From: Bispira polyomma
Lineage: Eukaryota
Direction: 5' to 3'
Assembly: GCA_965649765.1 (NCBI GenBank)
Contig: OZ287752.1
Span: 25,792,001 to 25,856,000, forward strand
DNA: 64,000 bases
Each line of letters starts with the position of its first letter. Positions within the stretch are counted from its first letter, which is position 1. The notes under the pieces were generated by a model, which did no database searches, was not told the DNA's origin, and saw nothing but the letters and a program-made list of their open reading frames with translations. The position numbers were made by a program, and so were the translations under genes. Positions 12,342 through 21,888 of the stretch are shown one piece after another.

Positions 12342-13385
12342 TTTTGTAATTGTAATTGTCATCAGACTTTTATTGTGCTTAATCTCCCCTTAACAAAGGG
12401 GACTCTAAGGCGCACCAGCACAAAAGACAGTTATCCAATTTCCAAAATCAAGGGACAGAAAAAGGGTCAGCAACATAGAGCGCGCCGGGGGATGATTGAG
12501 ACTAAGGTGGATATGCTTTAGTGTACAAGTGGGTTTTAAGCTTCTTTCTAAAACAGGATAGTGAGGGGGAAGTACAAATCACATCAGGAAGACCATTCCA
12601 AACAATGGGAGCATCAAAAGCAAAGCTGTGACCAAACTGTTTTACCGACCTTTGAGTAGATGGGTGGAACTTCGGAACAACAAGGAAATTACTACCACTC
12701 TGACTACGTCTGGTATTGTAGGAACTACTGTAAGTGGAAAGATATGGGGCAAAATACTTTGGAAACCCAGTGTGGAGAAACTTATAAACAAGTGTAGCTG
12801 TCTTAAACACTGAACGCTGTCCAACAGGGAGCCAATGCAATTTCTTAAGAACAGGAGTTATACTAGTGTATCGACTGGTGTTTGACACAATTCTAGCTGC
12901 ACTATTTTGAATGCATTGTAATTTGCGTAAATTAAACTTTGAGAGACTCCTGAAAAGTGAATTGCAGTAATCCAGTCTACTACTGACAAAAGCACTGGCC
13001 ACAAGTATAGAAGCATCATAAGTGAGAAACCGTCTGACACGTCTAAAGTCACGGAGTTGCATAAAACAGCTTTTGCAGACACTCTGAACGTGTTTAGAAA
13101 AAGAAAAGTCAGAGTCAAACCATACACCCAGGTTCTTGACAGAATCAGCTGGACTGAAAGGGCTACCCAGGATGTCAACTGGAAACAATGCTTTTAACTT
13201 ATCCCTCTGTTGTTTTGAGCCAAAGATTATGAACTCAGTCTTGTCGGGATTAAGTTTGAGTTTACCAGTTGACATCCACTCTTTCACATCATCAATACAC
13301 CTGTTCAACTGTTCAAAGGCAGTAGATGTGTTTTTATGGGATAGGTGCACATAAATTTGGGTATCATCTGCATAAAAATGCATAA
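12342..13385 (-). mobile_element. 5'-truncated L2-clade LINE (RT C-terminal half, uninterrupted ORF 12502-13401) with 3' UTR stem-loop and (ACAATT)n tail
   Basis: HFYADDTQIY, KLNPDKTEF, SVKNLGVWFD, SRLDYCNSL, LHWLPV, FAFDAPIVWNGLP. The 3' UTR has a tcccct-ttgtta-agggga hairpin followed by acaatt repeats. Confidence 0.95.
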
Positions 13386-14494
13386 CGTATATATATATCA
13401 AGCGATGAAACTGAAACCGTACACATTGTGTTTTCAGTCAAAGTTACAAAATACTAAAGACACTTATAATAAAATAAAATGGTACATCTTAAACACAAGA
13501 CAACATACCACACTCGTTCATAAAGTACAACATCACTTACTGAACATTAGTTGTTATATTCATCAATTTACTTTGAAGTGACAATGTTTTGGCACATTGT
13601 GTGTCAATATGAAGAGTCATGTGACCTTTCTCTAACCAGTTTCTACGTAAAACTGCTTTCTGATTGGTCAGCTCCTCCCTAGAGACCGTGACATTCTTTT
13701 TTGTCAGAAATAGGTTCAAACTACACTGCCATGTAAAAAGTATTGAACAGCATTTATATCATTGTTTATACCATCGTACATCTTCATATACCAATTTTTC
13801 CATTCACGATGCAAGAAATATATGCAGAGAATCCACTGACATAGTAAGATGCTTTTTTAAAAGTTTTGAATATATGTATTTAGTATTTATGTAAAATATT
13901 TTGAGTAGTTTTATACATTTTCATTAACAATTTTTTTCATATTAATAATAATTAGACACAAACCGAATCTGAATTTCGCTAAAATGTTTTAAATATTCTC
14001 TTTTAATTTGAACTGTCTTTGTGATATGTATAAAATTGAAAACTAATTGACTTTTTTCATGAAACAGGAATAATATTTTTATATGTAATTATTTGACGGA
14101 CGGACATACTATTGCCTTGATAGAGTGTTCTTAATATTGTGTGTATTTATCACACACAAGAGTACTTTATATGTATGTTTATGAGAATAGTGTTGCAAAT
14201 AATATTGGGATAAATGATTACATGCAGTACATGGGTGAGAGAAAATCATGAGTTATATTATTGTAAATTAGTATGCGTCTATCAAAAAGTGATGAAATGA
14301 TATTCATATATATTTAAATTTTGTTTAACTTTGTGCTATATCTTTGTCAATTTAAATATCAGTTTAATTTGATTTCATTTTAATTAAATTTAGGACAAGA
14401 CAAAAATTATTTTCTCTCTACTATGTACGAGTTCAAAATCAAAAACTTTAAAAACATATATCAATGAGAGCGTGGGATATCGAGGAGCATCTGA

Positions 14495-15500
14495 CATTCG
14501 AGGATAGGCATTTTAGTTGCAATAAAAAGGTGTACTTTTACATGCTATGACACCTTCACAGACAAAGTTGTATGCAGTAGGGAACAATTTCCAATAACAC
14601 TGGCATTTGCGTTAACAATACACAAGGCTCAGGGAATGTCTCTGAATTATCTTGAGGTAGATTGTGCAACAATATTCTGTGCTGGGCAATTGGCTGTTGC
14701 TGTAGGTCGTGCTACAAACACACTTAGGTTAAGGGTGCTTAACTATAGCAGTTCTGCTGCCAAAATAAAACACGCCAGTAAGGTTAACTTGTTCTATGGT
14801 AAATTACATGAAGTGCAGAACACAAATGATTGCACATTAACATTTCCAGAGTCAAAGGGGTGCTGCAATGCAATTAGTTGCTCGAGTGTTGTATCTTGTG
14901 ACACACTTCCGAGTACAACACAACTTGTGCAACCACATCATTCAAATGTTGTTGACCAAAAAAGTAGTGAAATTCAAACTACCATTGTACAATCTTATCC
15001 TGTATTAAACATTCATGAAGTACCATCTCTCCCTGTACCAAAAATGCAAGAATTTTTCACATTTAATTTAGCATCACCAAATACAAAAATGCAAGAAGAT
15101 ATGGTGGATGCATTTTCTGACCTACAGCACAGTCCAAGATTTCCAAGATTTTGGAACAGCGTTCTTGCATTCACCTGTTCAGAATTAAGTGTTATGAATA
15201 AGCCCTCGAACAAAGAGTGGAATAACCATACCCAAAATTTTCATGACTATTTGACCAGTACAATTTTCAAACAATCGAAATCTGACCTTTTTGCAGACGT
15301 CAACTTAGATGATACTGTCATGCACAGCTTAGCATTCAAAATAGCTAAGAAGGCCAGGGATATAGCTCTTGTCACTAAAGCATATCCCCTTTGCTTGAAG
15401 TGGTAGAAGCAGATAAGGCTTTAGATGATACAGATTGTGTCCTGCTGCGTTACATTGCTGACTACACGATTGCTGCAGCCCGTAAAAGATACATAATGTA
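14495..15500 (+). pseudogene. Pif1-family helicase C-terminal block (motifs V-VI) plus extension; N-terminal helicase motifs absent; in-frame stop at 15404-15406
   Basis: The frame upstream of the listed ORF is open from 14495 and reads SREQFPITLAFALTIHKAQGMSLNYLEVDCATIFCAGQLAVAVGRATN, matching the Pif1 QFPLxLAxAxTIHKxQG and GQxxVAxxR motifs. Reading through the TAG gives LLRYIADYTIA. Confidence 0.85.
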
Positions 15501-15674
15501 TATATCAAGAGACAAATGTATGCTTTTCTATATCCCATTCCCTTTATTCTATTTCTTGTAATCCTTTAAGAATAAACTTTTTTATTAGTAATCACATTTG
15601 ACAACCCCCCCAAAAAAAAGTTATCACACCTAAGTTGACATTGTTTCTTGTAATTATTTTCTCTATTCAAACAG

Positions 15675-16478
15675 GTGTCATTCAGCATACGCAAAAAATC
15701 ATTAAGAAATATACTAACAAAGTGGCATCTCTTGAGATCGTTGACTGCCCCATACCAGCAAGTGATATCCATGACCAAGTATCCAGAAACATTTTCAGAA
15801 ATTAAGAGACATAACACCAGCGCTGGTGATGGCACCGGACTTACCTGTGTCAATGATGACACTTTTCACTTTTTCCTACAGCTGAACAAATTTGCACTTC
15901 AGTACGTTACTCAAAGTAACATAGACATTTACCAAGGGGAACTACATAAACTTGCTTTAAACAAAATTGCTACTAATGAAGATTTAATGCAAACATGGTT
16001 CGGACTGTTCAGTAATGATGTTGCCAGTGAAACTGATGAAGATCTATTTAATGTGAACTGCATTATTGTCTTTGAAGAATTGGTTTCTAAATTTTTAGTA
16101 ATTTTGTTAGCCGATACTAAGAAAAAATTGGTCGAAAGTAAGGGTACAGTTAAATGTAAAGCTTTAAGGAAAGAAATAACATGTGCTAACCCAGGTTTCA
16201 GTGAATGTATTAGTCAAACCAAGTCAGGTTATACAACATTGAAAAACGCTGTTAGTGAAATAGACTCAGACTACCCTTGTGGTACATGCGGCACAGAATG
16301 TGCTATAGACTGTATAGAATGCTCTCTCTGCAAATCGTGGTTTCATTACAACTGTTTGGGATTGGATGGAAGTGAAATTTTTATAACCAACATTAACATG
16401 GATTTCTACTGCCCAGACTGTGATGTTAAACCAAAACCTAGTAAAAAGAAAGGAAAAAAGAGAAAACACAATCAGTAA
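15675..16478 (+). CDS. Probable terminal exon with PHD finger and basic NLS-like tail (likely spliced to the Pif1 block)
   Basis: Follows a ttcaaacag acceptor. CGTCGTECAIDCIECSLCKSWFHYNCLG...FYCPDC is a C4HC3 PHD finger, followed by KPKPSKKKGKKRKH. Confidence 0.75.
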   Translation: MSFSIRKKSLRNILTKWHLLRSLTAPYQQVISMTKYPETFSEIKRHNTSAGDGTGLTCVNDDTFHFFLQLNKFALQYVTQSNIDIYQGELHKLALNKIATNEDLMQTWFGLFSNDVASETDEDLFNVNCIIVFEELVSKFLVILLADTKKKLVESKGTVKCKALRKEITCANPGFSECISQTKSGYTTLKNAVSEIDSDYPCGTCGTECAIDCIECSLCKSWFHYNCLGLDGSEIFITNINMDFYCPDCDVKPKPSKKKGKKRKHNQ

Positions 16479-16640
16479 CATAAAATTCATAACATAATGT
16501 AACAATTCATAATAATTATCCACTTTGTATACTTCCTAAACAAGCACCAATAATATTTGCAACATCATTCTTTGACTAGTGTTTAATTCTAAATTCAAGA
16601 GTTTGTGTAATATATTTGGATTCATTTACTATTTATTTAG

Positions 16641-18896
16641 GGTGTTGCAATGTTTGCAACGTGTGGAGGATTGTGATCCATTGCCTCTTAGGATAGCATA
16701 CGATGCCTACCGAGCTTCTTGCGCTACTTTTACAGTCGATGCTTGTTCCAAGGAACTTTTCTCCAAAGCCATCAATATTAAATTTCCAGCATGTAGAGTG
16801 AGGAGATTGTACAATGGCAGTAGCGAGGTCTGCTACAAAAACCTTGCTGCAAGAACTGATTTTATATATCGCATTGCCAGAGAACTATGTCCTTTTGGAA
16901 AAAGATACTCAGTACCTTCTTTTGTTAAAAAACACAGACATTATTGTAAGCAGTACTTACAGATTGCAAGTGAAAGTTAAAATTCAAAATTGTAAATGGG
17001 CTATGTTTGTGGGCGAAAAAGAAATTGATTTAAGTGCTTTGGGATTCTCAAGTAAATTTATTTGGAAGAAGAGTTGTCTATCATGTGTCATTTTTTTAGT
17101 GAATAACATCAGAATTTGCAAAGGGAAAGAACATGGTACAAATTCAAAGTATGTGTTCAATGAAACTACCACTTCCAACAGCAGCATCACCTCAACTTAC
17201 CGGAGCAAATATTGTTTAAAAGTTGTGTCACCTTTCTGTTATGGCAATGTTTGCTCCAACTGCATAAAGTATGTACCGAAGGTTGTTGACACCAAATCTT
17301 TGGAAAGTGTGACAAGTGCGACAGTAGAGTTTGATGATTACGATTCACATGATTTTCAAAGCGTGGCAGATTTTGCCTTGGCAAATGCCTCATCTGAGTT
17401 TCAATCATTTATTAATGGTCAAATTAAAAACATACAATAAACTCCCAAAGGCAGAAGGTGGGACCCATCATTTATTAACTTTTGTTTGGGTATATACATG
17501 AAGTCACCAAGTGTGTATGAGAAATTGCAGAATGGGGGTATGTTTATCTTACCAAGTGGCCACCTTCTTCAATACTATAAAAACAGTGTAAATCAGTCAA
17601 CAGGTTTAAAGGATGATGTGTTACTATGGATGAAGAAAGAGATCACAAGGTTAAAGATTTCGAGTGAGGGTTACTATGGGGGTTTCTTCTTGATGAGATG
17701 TCCATTCAACCTGATATTTCTATCAAAAAGTGTCACTCAACATTTCTATTGATTGGTCAGGCTGATATGGATGACACATCAAACCTAATGAACATAATTA
17801 CCCATGTAAAAAGTGAAATATCTTTATCCAAATATGTACTTCAGTATTTATTTCTGGGTCATACAGGTTTTAGGTTTCCTGTGGCACATTTTCCGTCAAT
17901 GGGAGCAAGTGCACACCAACTTTACAACACATTTTGGGATGAAGTAGACAAGCTATCAGAATATGGCTTTCATGTTGATTACTGTAGCTTGGATGGTGTC
18001 ATTTCAAACAGACAGTTTCGTTCTTTACATTTCACAGACTGTGATATCAGTGAAAAACAATTTGCTTCAGTCAGTTCAATCAACCCATCAAAATCTGTCA
18101 TATTCATACAAGACATCAAGCACAACCTGAAAAAAGTTTGTAATAGCTTAGTTAAAAGTAGTTCAACTTCAAACAATATTAGACATATAAAGCTTGATGG
18201 TAATTCTATTTTATGGTCCACATTTCGTCAATGTTATGAGTGGGACATTGAAAACCATGCTTTTCCCCTGTGCAGAAGTCTTTCTGAAGAACATTTTGAT
18301 TTGAGTAATTCCTCTAAAATGAGAAATAAGTTAGCAGAGGACGTACTGAATGATCAAATGTTAAACTTAATGTTACAATACCAGAAAACTATTAATCAGC
18401 CTGAGACACTTAATGGAGTAATAAAATTGTTGCAACATACTTCAATATTAGTTAAGTTTTCCCATGACTTAAAACCAGTATGTGATATCATTGATGAGAG
18501 ATTAAAAGACTTTGATAAAGTTGCAAAGTTTTTCAGTGAGTGGATAGGGAAAGATCAATTTTTACTCAGTAAAGAATGTCGTCAGGATTTACAGTCATAC
18601 CTCTCTGGTTTCAAAGGATTGTGTATTAAAGTATTTTCTCGTAATCAAGATAACTCATACTTAGTACCAGCCCGTATCAACAGTGATCCCATTGGAAATA
18701 GTTTTTGCCAGTATCGTGGTATAATGGGCTGAATACAAATCCTACATATGCTATGTATGGCCCCTCATCTACAACAGTTACACTGGATCAGAGTGTCGTA
18801 TCTAAAAAAAGAAATGCACATACACCTAGTAGGGGAAAAGAAAATGTAAAACCATTTGCCACATCAACACCAAATTCCTTGAGAAGAACGAACTAG
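16641..18896 (+). pseudogene. P-superfamily (THAP9-like) transposase preceded by an RFX-like winged-helix; several frameshifts/stops
   Basis: YDAYRASC...SKELFSKAINIKFPACRVRRL..GSSEVCYKNL (RFX-like); PKGRRWDP..CLGIYMKSPSVYEKL..LPS; DEMSI; LDGVISN; QDIKHNLKKVCN; KMRNKLA; NSDPIGNSFCQYR (catalytic E replaced by G); NTNPT. Confidence 0.85.
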
Positions 18897-19194
18897 CACA
18901 ATCTACAAAGGAAAGTACAATGGCTAAAGTTTTAAGATTATAATAAACTTAAAAATATGATGATTGCCTATATGGTTTTGAGTATTATTTTTGGTTACAA
19001 AATATCCTACTATATCTATATATTAAATAGAAAATGCAATGATTGCCTGTAAGGTTATAAGCGTGATTTTTATCGAAGAGGCCATTTATTTATGTATTAC
19101 TTTGTCCTTTACAATTGTTGACAATATCACTGCTTACATGGGTTAGCACATTCGTGGTTTTTTTTATTAGAAACTGTTATATATTGCTTGTATT

Positions 19195-19610
19195 TGTGAA
19201 TCCCCTAAGGGTGCCCACCTTAGGGCGTGCATGACATTCGTGAGAAGCATATGGTCTTACCGGGGCTAGTGTTATACTTGCAAGTATAAAGTGTATAAGC
19301 ATTGTTTGTATTGGTGCGAATATATATATATATAGGGACGGACAATATTCCATGTGTGAATCCCCTAAGGGTACCCACCTTAGGGCGTGCGTGAGATTCG
19401 TGAGAGCATATGGTCTTACCGGGGCTAGTGTTATACTTACAAGTATAAAAGTGTATAAGTATTGTTTGTATTGGTGCGAATACATATATATATAGAGACA
19501 GACTATATTCCATGTGTGAATCGCCTAAGGGTGCCCACCTTAGGGTGTGCGAGCAATTCGTGAGAAGCGTATAGTCTTACAGGGGCTAGTATAATACTTG
19601 CAAGTATAAA
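19195..19610. repeat. 160-bp tandem repeat, ~2.6 copies, palindrome-rich
   Basis: gtgaatcccctaagg recurs at ~19196, ~19356 and ~19516. Unit 1 contains the perfect palindrome ttatacttgcaagtataa, and the units carry a ccctaagg/ccttaggg hairpin. Confidence 0.95.
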
Positions 19611-20819
19611 AAGGCGAAGTTAGTGAAATACGTATAGATGGTGGAGCGGGCAGTACCATGTTTTTTCCCCAGCAAATTCTGTGACAATGTTGTATTACTG
19701 TCTGTAATAAATATTAAAATTGTTACATTTGCAGTAATTGACTACTATGGTTATTAGTAATATATTGAAATGTTATGGTATTAAACTTTTAATTAATGGT
19801 ACTATGGGTTGATTTCATTGCTAATGTCAACTTTCAATGTATAGTTAAAGAAAAGCGATGACTGCCTTATGCTTATGAGCAAAATTATTAGTGAGTAATA
19901 ATGTGTTCTGGGTTCCAATCCCAAATGAACTTTGACTGCAGTTTTTCATGGGGAATGTTCAGCAATTCACCTGTGTGTGCATTTGTGGGTCCTATATCTG
20001 TTTAATATTAACTGTCTGCACATATGCTGCTCTTTTATTTCAGCTAGGCATTCTTTCATTTATTTATATACTGGCAGAGAGATATTTTAAAATGTTTTTT
20101 TTTCTATCTTGATATAAATATGTACATTTCCCGCGTGACAGGTCAAAGGGTCAGAGGTCAAGAAAGCAAGATAGTAAGTAAGCAGAATGCGGTAAAATAT
20201 TTTATTGTTAGTCTATGTTAAACTACTATATACAACGTGACTTAAGGTCATGATAATTTGTAACTTTAAGTCATACTAAATTGAGTGAGAGTAATAAAAT
20301 ATTTTACATAACTTCAAAGAACAAGATAAGGTCACCCCAAGACAGTTTAAATAAGTGAAATGACAAAGCCCGTAGGGGACTTATAAATGGAGATGATCTT
20401 ATAATTTAGACTACAAAAAGGGGGGCTAAAGATCACCTTAAATACAGGTTAGTATACTAAATTTTTAACCCATAAGGGAATTACAAAATGAGGTGACCCT
20501 AAAATGTGTAGAAGAAGAGTTAAGTTGTAATTTTTCAGTTAATTACAGATTCTATTACCTTTTAATGAAACAGTTATTTCATGAAGTTGAATTACTAGTT
20601 GTAGCATACAATTACTAGGAAATAAAATACTACTGTGTGAAGTTAACTTTATAGTTGTAACATGAAATGACTAGCAAGTGAAATAATAATTGAAATTCTA
20701 TATGACACTATACATGACTAGCATGTGACTCCATGTAAAGCAAAAATTACATAATTATCTAGACTATGAAATATAGACTAAATTTTGAGTAGAAACACCC
20801 AAACCCAGCACGTAGGGAG

Positions 20820-21833
20820 CTAGGGAGAAGAAGTAGCAAGATGAAGGCGAAATGTGTCCGATACCTGCTGTCCCGCATCCACTGAGTCGGTAACATACCT
20901 CCACACGCAATCCGACGTCCAAGTGCCATGTTTTTGGATGTTCTGAATGCTGACGTTATGGTTAAAGGCAAAAGTGGCACCAGAACGTCGGAAAGCGTGC
21001 AGTGTGAGGCCAGAATCCTGCAACTGGAGCCTGGCAAATATCGTTTTGAAATGCCTGCGGACACGGGTGTCAGTAAGCGGAACCCAGTGAGATTTGTCTT
21101 TGAATTGAAATAAGGGTGAATTAGGTTCAGACGGAGTAAGAGCCATAATTGCCTGCAGTGACCCCACGGGGCAAAGAGGAGAACCCAGCAACCGTGGGAT
21201 AGTAATAAGTCTAATCTGATTATTACTCTGCATAGTTTTGGACCATTTTACCAAAAGGACAGCTTTGTCCCTGTGAAACATGACATCAGCCCTGGATAGA
21301 TGTCTCAAAGCAGAAAACTGAAGACAGGAATGGGGTACTAAATTGGATAACCTGAGGAAGGAAAAGTAGCTGACCAAATACACGGCCGTAAAGATAGGAC
21401 CCATGTAAGTGGTGTTGGAGACATTGACAATACTCGTCAGAAGAGGTATGTCTATAATCTTTTTGAGCTGAACATTTAAGGGGGCAGCCAATTGGACAGA
21501 CTTTTGATAGTAAGCCAAGCGAGGGTCACTGAAGGCAAGAATGGGCACATTGTATACAATACTCTTAGCTTTAATAGCAGTTAAATAATTAGCCATATGG
21601 GCAGGTTTTACAGAGTTAAAGTGTAAGAATTCTAAAAAAGCAAGAAGATCAATAGCTGTCACCTGGTCACAAGGCAGATCCGAGAAGGATGCATAAGCTT
21701 GGTACACCCTATACATCGCAGTATAAGATCTGTCCGTAGACCTGCAGAAGGCCAAGTGAAGCTTCTTCGTTGCATTTTGATATAATAACTGCTGCAGGGG
21801 AGTTGTAGCTATAACACAACACAAAGCAGACAA
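20820..21833 (-). CDS. Tyrosine recombinase (YR) of element 1; probably entered by splicing at 21808
   Basis: FLRLSNLVP (R), VKWSKT (K), LHAFRRSGAT (HxxR), HGTWTSDCVWRY (H/W, Y): the full catalytic set. The ORF begins at a TTG rather than an ATG. Confidence 0.95.
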   Translation of the reverse strand: MSALCCVIATTPLQQLLYQNATKKLHLAFCRSTDRSYTAMYRVYQAYASFSDLPCDQVTAIDLLAFLEFLHFNSVKPAHMANYLTAIKAKSIVYNVPILAFSDPRLAYYQKSVQLAAPLNVQLKKIIDIPLLTSIVNVSNTTYMGPIFTAVYLVSYFSFLRLSNLVPHSCLQFSALRHLSRADVMFHRDKAVLLVKWSKTMQSNNQIRLITIPRLLGSPLCPVGSLQAIMALTPSEPNSPLFQFKDKSHWVPLTDTRVRRHFKTIFARLQLQDSGLTLHAFRRSGATFAFNHNVSIQNIQKHGTWTSDCVWRYVTDSVDAGQQVSDTFRLHLATSSP

Positions 21834-21888
21834 AGTAACATTTGTAAAGGCTGATCAACATAATAGCATGCAAGCAGACAAGCAATAT

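Noticed and set aside
14495-15406. Helitron or host PIF1 gene
   Set aside because: No HUH Rep motifs or Helitron termini are seen, only the C-terminal helicase motifs are present, and it is linked to PHD and P-transposase sequence.
19177-19513. ORFs of 97-102 aa with internal repeats
   Set aside because: They are translations of the 160-bp satellite.
20820-21833. Phage integrase / prophage or Crypton
   Set aside because: Each YR lies directly behind gag and RT/RNase H ORFs, the DIRS-order arrangement.
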